Notes: generated by a model from the sequence alone, not told the origin. A stretch of 64,000 nt of DNA from Methanoregula sp. (GCA_026625165.1 CP112999.1:1639288-1703287), one strand, 5' to 3'; shown: positions 1 to 9,920, counted from the first letter of the stretch. Made by a program: numbers and translations.

Positions 1-621
1 CGCCTGTGTCATCTGGTTCAGCTCGATGATCTCCTGGATCAGGTTCGCTTCAAGAGCATGCCTGCCCTGCGTGTCAACGATGATGACTTCCAGTTCCTTA
101 AATGCGGCCAGTCCCTGCCGGGTAATTGCACGTGCATCTTTCTCCTGCGGGTTGCCAAAGCAGGGCACATTAATCTTTGCACAGAGAGTTGCGAGCTGGT
201 CGTATGCACCGGGCCGGAACGTGTCTGCACATATGACACCCACCTTAAGCCCCTTTTTCTGGAAGTACCGGGCGAGCTTGGCGGTTGTGGTCGTCTTTCC
301 GCTGCCCTGAAGTCCTGCCATCAGGATCGTCTGGGGTTCAAGTTTCACATCGGTAGATGCCCAGATGAGCCGGACAAGCTCCTGGTATACGATGCGCAAC
401 ACATGCTCGCGAACCCCAATTGCTTTTAGCGGGGGCTCATCCAGTGAACGGGTGCGGATCGCTCTTGAAAGCTCCATGACCAGCTTTACGTTCACGTCCG
501 CAGAAAGGAGCGCTCTCTGCAGGTCTTTGACCAGTTCGTCGACCGCTGCTCGGTCTACAACAGTCTTTCCTGCCAGCTTCTTGATGGCGTCTTTTAATGA
601 ACTGGAGAGAATGTCAAGCAT
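1..621 (-). CDS. srp54: Signal recognition particle protein SRP54, N-terminal 207 codons; the C-terminus runs off the window
   Basis: Manual minus-strand translation from the ATG at 621-619 gives MLDILSSSLKDAIKKLAGK...LMAGLQGSGKTTTTAKLA...DTQGRH (N domain plus G-domain P-loop). It is absent from the ORF track because it is truncated. The start overlaps the ftsY stop as TAATG. Confidence 0.85.
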   Translation of the reverse strand, partial: MLDILSSSLKDAIKKLAGKTVVDRAAVDELVKDLQRALLSADVNVKLVMELSRAIRTRSLDEPPLKAIGVREHVLRIVYQELVRLIWASTDVKLEPQTILMAGLQGSGKTTTTAKLARYFQKKGLKVGVICADTFRPGAYDQLATLCAKINVPCFGNPQEKDARAITRQGLAAFKELEVIIVDTQGRHALEANLIQEIIELNQMTQA

Positions 622-1667
622 TACACATCACCCAGCAGTTCCTCGACCATCCCTTCAGGAGAGAATGTCACGATATCATCATATGCCTGCCCGGTGCCCA
701 GAAACATGAGCGGTTTTCCAATGGTGTGGGCGATCGAGATCGCTGCACCACCACGGGAATCCATGTCAGCCTTGGTGAGCACAACGGCATCCGCCCCCAC
801 AGTCCGGTCAAACTCATATGCCCTCACCACTGCATCGTTTCCTGCGACGGCTTCATCCACATAGACCACAAGATCGGGCTTCATCACCCGTCGGATCTTA
901 TCAAGCTGGCTCATCAGGTTCGACTTGGTGTGAAATCTACCTGCCGTATCAGCGAGCACAACATCGATCTTGTGCGACGCAGCATACTGGACAGCATCAA
1001 AGAGCACAGCCGAGGGATCGGCACCCTGCTGGTGCTGGATGATCTTGATGCCGATCCGTTCGGAATGGACCTCGATCTGCTCGATCGCACCGGCACGGTA
1101 CGTATCTCCCGCTCCGATTACAACCGAAAAACCCTTCTGTTTTAAAAAAAAGCCGATCTTCGCGACGGTTGTTGTCTTGCCCGTGCCATTAACACCGGTG
1201 AATAGTATCTTGACCGGGCGCTCGTGGGTCCTGATATATTTTTCAAGGTCAAATCCTTTGCCCAGCACGTTGAGCAGTGCCGCTTTTAATGTTCCGACCA
1301 CAAGAGAATCCACTGACTGCCCGATACGCCGGTGTTTGCCGATGAGGTCTTTTTTTACATGGGTGATGACCGCATCGGTGACAGGAAGCGCCACATCACT
1401 TTCCAAGAGCGTGATCTCAAGTTCATCGAGTGCACCGGCGAGCTCTTTTTCTGTGATGATCAGCTCGCGGTCGATAATGAAGGTCCGGACTTTATTGACA
1501 AAAGTAGGATCTGAGGGGGAGTTGGGCTGACCGGGCAGGCCCAAAAAAGCAGCCGGTTGCGGAGAGGGATCCCTGTTTTTATCCGAACCGTCCGCAACAG
1601 CAGTCTGGATACTCCCGGCAAGCCTCGCACGTGCAGCCTGCAATCGTTCGCGAAGCCCCCCGAACAT
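621..1667 (-). CDS. ftsY: Signal recognition particle receptor FtsY
   Basis: 348 aa with SRP-GTPase motifs GVNGTGKTTT, DTAGR and TKADMD. It sits in the conserved archaeal position downstream of prefoldin alpha. Confidence 0.9.
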   Translation of the reverse strand: MFGGLRERLQAARARLAGSIQTAVADGSDKNRDPSPQPAAFLGLPGQPNSPSDPTFVNKVRTFIIDRELIITEKELAGALDELEITLLESDVALPVTDAVITHVKKDLIGKHRRIGQSVDSLVVGTLKAALLNVLGKGFDLEKYIRTHERPVKILFTGVNGTGKTTTVAKIGFFLKQKGFSVVIGAGDTYRAGAIEQIEVHSERIGIKIIQHQQGADPSAVLFDAVQYAASHKIDVVLADTAGRFHTKSNLMSQLDKIRRVMKPDLVVYVDEAVAGNDAVVRAYEFDRTVGADAVVLTKADMDSRGGAAISIAHTIGKPLMFLGTGQAYDDIVTFSPEGMVEELLGDV

Positions 1668-1681
1668 GCACGCCGTCCTGC

Positions 1682-2158
1682 CTATTCGTCCTGTTCGCCC
1701 AAAGCAGCTGGCTGTGCCATCCGTTCAGACTGGACCGTCTGCTGGTATCCCTGTTCGAGCCGTTTTGCGATCTCGTTCATCTGGGACCGGAGCCGGTTGA
1801 GTGCCTCAGCCACTTTCTTTTCCGAGGCTTCCATCTCAGTGACACGGTCTTTTAAAAATTCAACCGTGTCCTTATTCGTCCTTTCTACGATAACATCAGC
1901 CCCGATATTAAGAAGGATTGTATCAGGATCCGGCACCTTTACCCGAACACTCGCACCTCCGCCGATCTGGAGCAGCACCGTGCCATCCTCAGCACCGGCT
2001 ATACCCTGGAGCGCTTCAACTGCGGTAAGCGCCTCCATCCTCCCGTTCTCCATAAGTTCCAGTTGGCCTGCAAAAATTTCCGCCTGCTGGCCGTACTCCT
2101 TAAGGTAATGCTCGAGAGTCAGCAGTTCCCGCTGATCCATCTGTTCCACTTTATACAC
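1682..2158 (-). CDS. pfdA: Prefoldin alpha subunit
   Basis: 158-aa coiled-coil protein in the conserved LX-pfdA-ftsY order. The track start is a GTG that overlaps the LX stop. The ATG at 2140 (MDQRELL...) is an alternative start. Confidence 0.8.
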   Translation of the reverse strand: MYKVEQMDQRELLTLEHYLKEYGQQAEIFAGQLELMENGRMEALTAVEALQGIAGAEDGTVLLQIGGGASVRVKVPDPDTILLNIGADVIVERTNKDTVEFLKDRVTEMEASEKKVAEALNRLRSQMNEIAKRLEQGYQQTVQSERMAQPAALGEQDE

Positions 2159-2342
2159 CCTTAATCAGGGTTACGCCATCGATTTTGATATACCTTCGCT
2201 TAAGGTTGTGTTTGCTGCCGATAACCGCAAACGTGCGCTCCTGTGCCTGCTTCTCATTGGGCGCCAAGATCACCTTTGTATACGGTTTCCAGTCTTCGCC
2301 CATCATAAACGTGCCTTTAACTTCATACTGCTTGTCTTCCAT
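2151..2342 (-). CDS. rplX: 50S ribosomal protein LX (eL20/L18Ae family)
   Basis: 63-aa basic protein (MEDKQYEVKGTF...RRYIKI) at the conserved position between aIF6 and prefoldin alpha. Confidence 0.75.
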   Translation of the reverse strand: MEDKQYEVKGTFMMGEDWKPYTKVILAPNEKQAQERTFAVIGSKHNLKRRYIKIDGVTLIKGV

Positions 2343-2376
2343 GAAAACTCACTCCAAAATTCCAATTTTTTCTCAT

Positions 2377-3039
2377 TTATTCGATAAAGCCAAATACATC
2401 CTCAATCCTGCCAAGTTCAAACCCGCTTGTCTGGGCACCCGCAAGGTACCCCCGGGTGTTCACGAGAAGGCCGGTGCCGATAAGCCCGGAACCCATGTTG
2501 ATGGTCCCGGTACCGATAGGGATCCCGCAGAATACCTCGAGGCGTGCAATCTCCTGCTCAGTTGACCGGGGGAGCACGATCACGCCCTTGTTGGTGGCTG
2601 CGCCTGCCATCCCGACAGTCTTGACTCCTCCAAGGGATTTCTGCAGCACTTCAACCCCGAGGAACTCCCCGATCTCCTGTGCCATCTCCGTCTCCATTTC
2701 CGGGTGGATTATTGCAATTTTGTCATTTGCCAGGATCACGTTGCCGGCGGCATTCATCGTGCCGGTCAGGAGCATGACCTCGCGGTAATCGGAAAGTGCC
2801 GCGATCTCTTCTGGTGTCGCAAGCCCGCTTACGACGAAACCCCTGCTATTGCCTGCAAGAAGCGATCCGATAATGGTACTTCCCTGTACGAGCGTCTCGA
2901 CCAGATCGACATTGAGTGCAGCGCGGACTGCCTCTTTAAACTCCCCTGGAGCTTCCGGCGGGACGATTGCGATATCGTCAAAAACACGGCAGAATACACC
3001 GATATTCGGGTCGCCGGCGAATGTAGATGTCCTTTCCAT
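2377..3039 (-). CDS. eif6: Translation initiation factor 6 (aIF6)
   Basis: 220 aa with the pentein-repeat pattern (IGVFCRV..., [16 protein letters not shown]) typical of eIF6. It lies between L31e and LX. Confidence 0.9.
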   Translation of the reverse strand: MERTSTFAGDPNIGVFCRVFDDIAIVPPEAPGEFKEAVRAALNVDLVETLVQGSTIIGSLLAGNSRGFVVSGLATPEEIAALSDYREVMLLTGTMNAAGNVILANDKIAIIHPEMETEMAQEIGEFLGVEVLQKSLGGVKTVGMAGAATNKGVIVLPRSTEQEIARLEVFCGIPIGTGTINMGSGLIGTGLLVNTRGYLAGAQTSGFELGRIEDVFGFIE

Positions 3040-3043
3040 ATCC

Positions 3044-3310
3044 TTACGATTCCTCAGCGAGCTCGGCCTGGACCTGCCCGTCTTCCATCTTCATGGCGCG
3101 GATACGGATCTTTGTGGGTGGCTTGGTGCTCCCCCGCTCCCAGACCTTCTCGTTGATACCTTTATCGAGCTTGACATCCTCGCTCTTCATATGCTTTGCG
3201 AGGTATTTCCTGATGTCCTTGATCGCGGCATTGCTGCGCTTCCACCGCGGTGCCCTGCGGGCGTCCCTTAAGGGAATGATATAGATATGCTCCTGCAACT
3301 TCTCTGCCAT
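3044..3310 (-). CDS. rpl31e: 50S ribosomal protein L31e
   Basis: 88 aa ([27 protein letters not shown]...) with conserved synteny. Confidence 0.9.
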   Translation of the reverse strand: MAEKLQEHIYIIPLRDARRAPRWKRSNAAIKDIRKYLAKHMKSEDVKLDKGINEKVWERGSTKPPTKIRIRAMKMEDGQVQAELAEES

Positions 3311-3313
3311 TGC

Positions 3314-3466
3314 TTACACCTTTAAAGTGCTTTTACGCCAGTTGCGCCTTTTTGGATGCGCAACAACCGTGCGCTTTGTTCTGACCATAACCCACTGGGG
3401 CACGCGCCGGTTCTGGTCGCATGCCTTTGCAAGACGAATTTTTCTTCCTTTACTCAGTTTGCTCAT
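3314..3466 (-). CDS. rpl39e: 50S ribosomal protein L39e
   Basis: Below the track's size cutoff. Manual translation gives 50 aa, [50 protein letters not shown], a clear L39e pattern directly upstream of L31e. Confidence 0.8.
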   Translation of the reverse strand: MSKLSKGRKIRLAKACDQNRRVPQWVMVRTKRTVVAHPKRRNWRKSTLKV

Positions 3467-3478
3467 ATCGGTCACCTG

Positions 3479-4075
3479 TTAATTACTACCTGCCTTTTTC
3501 CCCACGACCAGGGACTGGTCATGGCGGGGTGGAAACAGCGCTGCGGGATCAATGCCCCTGTTCTGGCATGCTTCCCGGATCTCTGCTTCATAGTCCCCGT
3601 TCTCGATTGTCCCCGTTTCACCATACCGGACAACAAGAAAACGCCCGACAAGCCGGTCAATTTCGGGTTTTGTGTACCCCAAGAGAGGGCGGACGTACGA
3701 ACATTTCATTCGGCCCTCGAGGCTCTGCACCTCCGACTGTGTCAGCATCGGTACGCGGTCATTAAACCTTGTACCGTCAGCAACGATTTTGTACTCGCTG
3801 CAGAGAGATTCAACAGCGGTGCGGTGAACAGCATTGATCGCATCGTTGGGAAACCCACGCTGTATCACCAGATCCACCGCCTCGTTCAATAATCCTTCAC
3901 GAAATATTCTTTTTTTTATAGGATAACCCAGTGCTTTTGCCGCAGCCTCAATGGACGGGATGGCTCGGGCGGAATCGAAAACGAACGTGTTGAGTTCGAT
4001 CTCATAATACGTACCCAGCATCAGTGATGCAAGGGAACTGTCCTTTCCACCGCTATATAGTACTCCCGCTCTCAT
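3479..4075 (-). CDS. PP-loop (adenine nucleotide alpha-hydrolase) family ATP pyrophosphatase
   Basis: 198 aa with an N-terminal SGGKDS PP-loop motif ([16 protein letters not shown]). The start overlaps the upstream stop by 1 nt (TAATG). Confidence 0.55.
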   Translation of the reverse strand: MRAGVLYSGGKDSSLASLMLGTYYEIELNTFVFDSARAIPSIEAAAKALGYPIKKRIFREGLLNEAVDLVIQRGFPNDAINAVHRTAVESLCSEYKIVADGTRFNDRVPMLTQSEVQSLEGRMKCSYVRPLLGYTKPEIDRLVGRFLVVRYGETGTIENGDYEAEIREACQNRGIDPAALFPPRHDQSLVVGKKAGSN

Positions 4076-4413
4076 TATTTGCGCGTTATTGAGTAATCCC
4101 TCTTGGCCGGTGCAAGCTGCCGGAGTAACTCCTTAAGCTGTGCATCGGTGATCTTCTGGCGAAGCCTGCCGTTCTGGGCGAGCATGACCAGCTGCTGCTC
4201 GACCGCACCGGCAAAATCCGGCTTGGTCAGCCGGATGGTGTTCAGGCGCTCCCGTGCATCCGGTTCCAGGATCTGCATGAGCACCATCTGTAACTGGGCT
4301 TTCTGTCGCTGCTGACGTTCGAGCTCCTCCTGCATACCCTGCTGGTCTGCTGACTGCTGCTGCAGTTGCGCCATCCTCCTCTTCCGGATTTCAGCCAGCT
4401 CGTCGTCTCCCAT
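4075..4413 (-). CDS. PDCD5/TFAR19-like DNA-binding protein
   Basis: 112 aa, helical and Gln/Arg-rich ([14 protein letters not shown]...[10 protein letters not shown]...KPDFA), typical of archaeal PDCD5 homologues. Confidence 0.7.
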   Translation of the reverse strand: MGDDELAEIRKRRMAQLQQQSADQQGMQEELERQQRQKAQLQMVLMQILEPDARERLNTIRLTKPDFAGAVEQQLVMLAQNGRLRQKITDAQLKELLRQLAPAKRDYSITRK

Positions 4414-4437
4414 ACACGATCACGTCACTCTTTCTTT

Positions 4438-5031
4438 TTAGGATTTCTTTGCTTCCTTTCCCTCGGCCTTCTTATGTTCGGCCTTTGGCGCGTCAGATTT
4501 CTCCGGTTTCTTTGGCTCTGATTTCTTGCCTGACGCTTTCTTCTCATGTTTGCCGGTTTCGGCTTTCTTTGGCTCTGCCTTGTGCGGCTGTAACTTCTTA
4601 AGGACCGGCGGCGGAGGGTTTTTCACCGTATCCAGTGCCATTGCATCCATAAACGACTGCCCGTCCGGGGAGACGCGCCGCCCGGTCTTGTCATGCACAA
4701 TAAATTTGCACGCCTCGAGCTGCTGGAGCGCCTTGCGCAGGATGGAGCCGCTGCCTTTGCGGAATGCGTTTGGCTTGGAGCCACGGTTCTTTTTCCCACC
4801 GTAGAAGCTGCGCATCCGCTGGACTCCCAATGGACCGTCCACGTAGACGCGCCTCAATACTGCCGCCGCGCGGACATACCACCAGTCCGGATCTTCGGGC
4901 GGCATCTCTTTATGGACACCGGTCTTTGCAAAAGATGCCCATGCCGGCGGCTTGATTTCCTGCCGAGATTTGAGCGCTTCTGCGACCTTTCGGATAAGAA
5001 GGTCAGCCGGTACATCGTACACGGTTGTCAT
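4438..5031 (-). CDS. rps19e: 30S ribosomal protein S19e with a lysine-rich C-terminal tail
   Basis: The N-terminal ~140 aa match the S19e pattern (VYDVPADLLI..., PDWWYVRAA..LRRVY, GGSILRKALQQLE). A ~55-aa K/E/P/A-rich extension follows. Confidence 0.85.
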   Translation of the reverse strand: MTTVYDVPADLLIRKVAEALKSRQEIKPPAWASFAKTGVHKEMPPEDPDWWYVRAAAVLRRVYVDGPLGVQRMRSFYGGKKNRGSKPNAFRKGSGSILRKALQQLEACKFIVHDKTGRRVSPDGQSFMDAMALDTVKNPPPPVLKKLQPHKAEPKKAETGKHEKKASGKKSEPKKPEKSDAPKAEHKKAEGKEAKKS

Positions 5032-5137
5032 ATCTGGACCTCACTGTTGCTATAATAAATAACAGTCTTATCTTATTTGCGAAGTAAGTTCATATATATT
5101 TCGAGCGAAAAAAAGACGGCGGTTCCGATTGATGTAA

Positions 5138-5395
5138 TTATGGAGCACGCCCTGTTTTTTTGCGCCGGGCAAGCACTAGAGTCCTCCCCCTGACCCCGAT
5201 GAGGTCTGATCCTGTCCGGTGTGCAATTGCCTCCGGGTCGATATCGGTGTTATGCAGCCATTTGACCTTGATGAGCGTGCGCTTTTTAAGCTGGGCTTTG
5301 ATCTCATCGATCATCGTATCGGTGCAGCCGGACTTTCCAATCCAGACGGTCGGCTTTAAGTCCTGCATCGACCGGTCATTTTCCATTTTCAGCAT
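5138..5395 (-). CDS. YhbY/CRM-domain RNA-binding protein
   Basis: 85 aa with the pattern LKPTVWIGKSGCTDTMIDEIKAQLKKRTLIKVK. The true start may be an internal ATG (5386 or 5368), because the track start overlaps rnp4. Confidence 0.7.
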   Translation of the reverse strand: MLKMENDRSMQDLKPTVWIGKSGCTDTMIDEIKAQLKKRTLIKVKWLHNTDIDPEAIAHRTGSDLIGVRGRTLVLARRKKTGRAP

Positions 5396-5702
5396 CCCTC
5401 CCTACCGGGTACCGCCGTTTTTTTTTGCAGGCCAGACAGGTGACCACCACATTGCCACCGCTGATCCGCACCCGCGAGGTTCTTCCCGGTACGAGAAACG
5501 AGGAGCAGTTCCGGCAGAACTGCCGCCTGAGGTCACGGTCGATCCGGATCCGCTGGCGCATTGCTATCCTCCGTGCAATCTCTACATACCGGCTGCTCAA
5601 TTTTGGCTGCGTGGAAAATCCTGCTTCTGCTTGTGAAAAGAGCACCGCTATTCGCTCGCGGGCGATCTTTTTGGTCTGCGGGGTGCGGGAACGCTCTTTC
5701 AT
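5376..5702 (-). CDS. rnp4: Ribonuclease P protein component 4 (Rpr2/Rpp21)
   Basis: 108 aa with a helical N-terminus plus a zinc ribbon (CRNCSSFLVPG...VVVTCLACKKKRRYP). Confidence 0.8.
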   Translation of the reverse strand: MKERSRTPQTKKIARERIAVLFSQAEAGFSTQPKLSSRYVEIARRIAMRQRIRIDRDLRRQFCRNCSSFLVPGRTSRVRISGGNVVVTCLACKKKRRYPVGRDAENGK

Positions 5703-5768
5703 GGGAAGTCCCTTTAATCTCGCATACGTATCGGTGTCTGATGTAAAAAAGGAAGGGGCTTCCAGAAT

Positions 5769-6374
5769 TTAATGGATACGGACCTGACGCCCCTCGATCA
5801 CGAGCCGGTCCTCACAGAAAAGGCGGATCGCTTCGGGCAGGCAGCGGTGCTCGTTTTCGAGGATTCTGGCAGCGAGCCGGTCCTCATCATCATTTTCGAG
5901 AACGGGGACGCATTGCTGGAGGATGATCGGGCCGCCATCAAGGTTTTCATCAACGAAATGTACGGTGCACCCCGAGATTTTAACGCCATGCCGGATTGCC
6001 TGCTGCTGCCCGTGCAGCCCGGGAAACGAGGGGAGCAATGCCGGGTGAATGTTGATCATCCGTCCGGCAAATGCCTGCACGATCTCTCTTCCAACAATCC
6101 TCATGTAGCCGGCAAGCACGAACAAATCGGCATTGCAGTCCTGCATGGCATGCAGCAGCGCCCGCTCATAGACATCCCGGGACGGGAATGATGTGTAATC
6201 GACAACGGTAAACGGTATACCGGCCGTTTTTGCCCGCTCAATCGCATATGCCTTGGGATTATCGGTGATGAGCCGGACACACGATGCAGGCACCTTTCCG
6301 TCCCGTATGGCATCGATCACTGCCTGAAAATTCGACCCCCTTCCCGATGCCAGTACAGCAACCCGTTTTGTCAT
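5769..6374 (-). CDS. purN: Phosphoribosylglycinamide formyltransferase
   Basis: 201 aa with motifs VLASGRGSNFQA, LAGYMRI, INIHPALLP and GCTVHFVDE..DGGPII. Confidence 0.9.
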   Translation of the reverse strand: MTKRVAVLASGRGSNFQAVIDAIRDGKVPASCVRLITDNPKAYAIERAKTAGIPFTVVDYTSFPSRDVYERALLHAMQDCNADLFVLAGYMRIVGREIVQAFAGRMINIHPALLPSFPGLHGQQQAIRHGVKISGCTVHFVDENLDGGPIILQQCVPVLENDDEDRLAARILENEHRCLPEAIRLFCEDRLVIEGRQVRIH

Positions 6375-6393
6375 GGCAGGCTACCTTTCCGGC

Positions 6394-7680
6394 TCATACC
6401 GGCCTTCCTTCACGGCCGCTATCGTCCTGCATCTGGTGTACGACAACCTTCACCTTCACAATCCTGCGCCCGCGCATCTGCATGACCATAAGCGTAAGCC
6501 TGCCTTCATCGATTTCCACCTTTTCTCCCGGGTGTTGGGGGATATGCCCAACGCGGTCAAGTAACAACCCCCCAATCGTTTCATATGATTCATCCACCGG
6601 AAGGCTGATGCCCAATTGTTCGTTGAGATCGTCGACCCACATCTGTGCGTCCACGACATACACGCCATCGCTTAGCTTCTGGACTTCAGGTTCTTCCTTA
6701 TCAAATTCGTCCTGTATATCGCCTACGAGCTCCTCGAGAATATCTTCGACAGTAACAATCCCGACAAAACTGCTGTATTCATCGATCACGACCGCGATCT
6801 GCACACGTCGCATCTGAAGCTCCTTTAACAGGTCGTCAATCTTTTTTGTTTCCGGTACAAAGGTGGGGTCGTACATGATCTCCGTAATTGAGGCATCTTT
6901 CCGGCGGGTGACCATGGCGGAAAAAACGTCCTTTACATTCAGGATGCCGGTGATGTTATCAATCCTGTCATGGAACACAGGGATCCGGGAGAATCCTGTC
7001 TCGTTGAAGATCCGTATCGCTTCCTCAAACGTCGCAGTGTCTTCCATCAGGATCACATCAACGCGGGGCGTCATGATCTCCCGCGTTGTCGTATCACCGA
7101 ACTCAAGTACCGAGTAGAGCATGTCCTGCTCCTCCTGCTCAATGGTTCCTTCCTCGGTCCCTACATCGATCCACTCCTTGATTTCATCTTCGGTCACTGA
7201 TGCTTCCAAGGGGTTGCGGTGAAGGCGTAGTGAACGGGTTACACGGTCAACTACCCAGATCGCAGGCGAAAGGAGATACGAGAGCCAGAGGATCGGCCTT
7301 GCTACAGTAAGGGCAAAACCTTCCGATGCCCGTGCTGCGTATACCTTGGGCCCGATCTCTCCGAAAACGAGCATGATCAGTACCACAAACCCGGTAGCGA
7401 TGCCTACTCCGATATTTCCAAAGATCTGGATGGCAATTGCTGTTGCAATGGCTGCAGCACCGACGTTGACGATATTATTGCCGATAAGGATCGTAGTGAG
7501 CAGGTGGTTGGGGGACTCCTTGAGAAGGGCAAGTGCCTCGGCACCGCTCCTCTTTTCGTTGACGAGCATCCGGACTTTTGCACGGGTGATCGAGATAAGA
7601 GCTACTTCAGAACCCGAAAAAAACGCCGAGAGGAGCACACAGGAGATGAAAAGAGCGATATTGAGGGGATCGATGATCAT
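6394..7680 (-). CDS. CNNM/HlyC/CorC-family transporter (DUF21 membrane domain, CBS pair, CorC_HlyC domain)
   Basis: Transmembrane N-terminus (FFSGSEVAL), a CBS pair (IMTPRVDV...), and a C-terminal transporter-associated domain. The start is set at the ATG at 7680, because the track start is a TTG 8 codons upstream. Confidence 0.85.
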   Translation of the reverse strand: MIIDPLNIALFISCVLLSAFFSGSEVALISITRAKVRMLVNEKRSGAEALALLKESPNHLLTTILIGNNIVNVGAAAIATAIAIQIFGNIGVGIATGFVVLIMLVFGEIGPKVYAARASEGFALTVARPILWLSYLLSPAIWVVDRVTRSLRLHRNPLEASVTEDEIKEWIDVGTEEGTIEQEEQDMLYSVLEFGDTTTREIMTPRVDVILMEDTATFEEAIRIFNETGFSRIPVFHDRIDNITGILNVKDVFSAMVTRRKDASITEIMYDPTFVPETKKIDDLLKELQMRRVQIAVVIDEYSSFVGIVTVEDILEELVGDIQDEFDKEEPEVQKLSDGVYVVDAQMWVDDLNEQLGISLPVDESYETIGGLLLDRVGHIPQHPGEKVEIDEGRLTLMVMQMRGRRIVKVKVVVHQMQDDSGREGRPV

Positions 7681-7766
7681 ATAATCCCCGCCGCAGCACG
7701 GCAATAATAAAGACGGATTTTCATAGAGCAGGTAACAATACTCATAAGGCGGGAAATAAGATAAAA

Positions 7767-8609
7767 TTAGCGGACTTCAGAAGTGCACAGCTCCAAAAAA
7801 ATTCGATCGGATATGAGGATCGCGATCTTCTCCTGTGCGGTGAGCGGGTGGGAAAAGTTCAGGTCCTCGATCTCAAGAGTGAGCGGACCTGTATACCCGC
7901 AATCCCTTATCGCTCCGACAACCCGTTCCATGTCAGGATGGTAGTCAAGCGGGAGGTGAAGGTGCTTATTCTCAACCCTGCTAAGGTGTACATTTGCGAG
8001 ACGATCACCGCAAAGCTCAATGTAGGTGAACAGATCATCCGGCCGGCGGGACATCGCATGCGATACATCAAGAGTAAAGTAGAGCCATGGCTCGGCATCG
8101 AGCAACTCGCGCATTCGTTCCGGAGTGCAGAGCAGGGAGTTAACAAGCGGTTCCATGTTCTCCATGCTGATCATGATACCCGTCTTTCCTGCTTTTTCAC
8201 GGAGGATAGAGATATAACGGTCGAACCGGATAAAATCCGCATCAGATGGCGGGCGTTTTGCAGTTCGCCTGCCCGGGTGCACTGTCAGGACACCTGCACC
8301 CAGGCACTCCGCAAGCCGGATTGACCGTACGATGTAATCAATGGACACTGCTGCAACCGTTGGGTTAATTGAGCAGGGGTTCAGGTCCAGGATTGGGGCA
8401 TGCACCGTCACTGACGGGATTTCCGGATGGTTCTTTATGCATCCATTCATCTCATCAACCGGGCAGTTCCGGAGCCAGAAATCGGGGGTTTCGATCCAGA
8501 CTTCTATCCCGGTTAACCCTGATGCACTTACATACGAGAAAATCTCTTCGCACGCATACTCGTGGAAAAACATGCTGGAGACGGCGAAAACAGGCATGAT
8601 AATACTCAT
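7767..8609 (-). CDS. Sugar phosphate isomerase/epimerase (xylose isomerase-like TIM barrel)
   Basis: 280 aa with patterns GIEVW, VHAP, LTVHPG and ENME characteristic of the AP-endonuclease-2/xylose-isomerase-like fold. Confidence 0.65.
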   Translation of the reverse strand: MSIIMPVFAVSSMFFHEYACEEIFSYVSASGLTGIEVWIETPDFWLRNCPVDEMNGCIKNHPEIPSVTVHAPILDLNPCSINPTVAAVSIDYIVRSIRLAECLGAGVLTVHPGRRTAKRPPSDADFIRFDRYISILREKAGKTGIMISMENMEPLVNSLLCTPERMRELLDAEPWLYFTLDVSHAMSRRPDDLFTYIELCGDRLANVHLSRVENKHLHLPLDYHPDMERVVGAIRDCGYTGPLTLEIEDLNFSHPLTAQEKIAILISDRIFLELCTSEVR

Positions 8610-8639
8610 TAATATCTATTTTGCGCATAATAGTTGTTG

Positions 8640-9920
8640 ATGGACTGGTTTTACAGCACAGATAACACGCTGGCGGAAAAACCGGGAGAGAGACACACGG
8701 TTGATGGAAAGACTGCTCCGCTGAGGGTATCGGAAGTCTCGGCAATTATAGAGAGTCTGCTTGACGATGAGCGCCTGCAGGAGATCTGGGTAAGAGGAGA
8801 AATCACCAAGTACACCCGCAGTTCCCGGGGGCACTGTTATTTCACCCTTGCCGAAGGTAAGGGGGCAAATATCTTGGCGGTGATCTCGTGCGTCATGTGG
8901 CGATCCGATGCCGACCGGCTGTCCTTTACCCCTTCTGATGGCATGGAGGTCATCGTATCCGGCTCGGTCGCCGCTTATGCCCCGCAGGGCAGATACCAGC
9001 TCAAGGTGCACGAGATTCTCCAGGCAGGGATTGGGGAAAAGTACCTTCTCATCGAGCAATGGAAAAAGGAGCTGGCTGCCGAGGGCTGTTTTGCAGGAGA
9101 ACGAAAACGCCCGCTGCCACCATTTCCCTTAAAAGTCGGTGTCGTAACATCAGAGACCGGAGCTGTGGTCCATGATATCAGGACCGTCATCTCCCGACGC
9201 TTTGCGGTCGAGATCATCATATCTCCGACTCTGGTGCAGGGAGAAGATGCGCACCGCCAGATTGCACAGGCAATCCACCGTCTCAAAGACTCGGTGGATG
9301 TTGTGATCATCGCCCGGGGTGGTGGAAGTTTCGAGGACCTGTTCCCTTTCAACCACCCGGATGTTGTCAGGGCGATCGCGGCCTGCCCGGTTCCGGTGGT
9401 CTCGGCAATCGGACATGAAGTGGATGTGACCCTTGCCGATCTCGCCTCAGATATCCGGGCAGCTACGCCATCCGCTGCTGCAGAACTTGTTGTCCCCGAT
9501 AAAAAAGTTCTGCAGGTACAGATAACAGAGATATGGTGTCATCTAGGTACCCTGTTGATTGACCGGATCTCGCAGGCAAAAACGGCAGTAAGCGATCTCA
9601 GGGACAGACTCCGTCCCCAGCGTTTTACAAAAAAGATTGATGAGAAACAACAGGTGTGTGCCGATCTTGCAGACCGGCTCGAGCGGGCGTTTGCAACAAG
9701 GATCGAACGCGAATGGCTCCTGCTATCGGAAATGACAACATCGCTTGTCGCAAGAAATCCGCTTGCTGTGCTTGCCCGGGGGTTCTGTGTAGCAGAAAAG
9801 GACGGTATGCTCGTAAAGAGTGTGGATACGGTGGTTCAGGGGGACCGGCTCAGGATCCGGTTTTATAATGGCAGGAGCCATGTAATCGTGGAGCGTGTGG
9901 AGCATGACGGAAACATATGA
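8640..9920 (+). CDS. xseA: Exodeoxyribonuclease VII large subunit
   Basis: N-terminal OB fold (VRGEITKYTRSSRGHCYFTL), a catalytic core (GVVTSETGAVVHD, IIARGGGS.EDL.PFN) and a coiled-coil tail. The ATG at 8640 is preferred over the TTG at 8634. Confidence 0.85.
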   Translation: MDWFYSTDNTLAEKPGERHTVDGKTAPLRVSEVSAIIESLLDDERLQEIWVRGEITKYTRSSRGHCYFTLAEGKGANILAVISCVMWRSDADRLSFTPSDGMEVIVSGSVAAYAPQGRYQLKVHEILQAGIGEKYLLIEQWKKELAAEGCFAGERKRPLPPFPLKVGVVTSETGAVVHDIRTVISRRFAVEIIISPTLVQGEDAHRQIAQAIHRLKDSVDVVIIARGGGSFEDLFPFNHPDVVRAIAACPVPVVSAIGHEVDVTLADLASDIRAATPSAAAELVVPDKKVLQVQITEIWCHLGTLLIDRISQAKTAVSDLRDRLRPQRFTKKIDEKQQVCADLADRLERAFATRIEREWLLLSEMTTSLVARNPLAVLARGFCVAEKDGMLVKSVDTVVQGDRLRIRFYNGRSHVIVERVEHDGNI

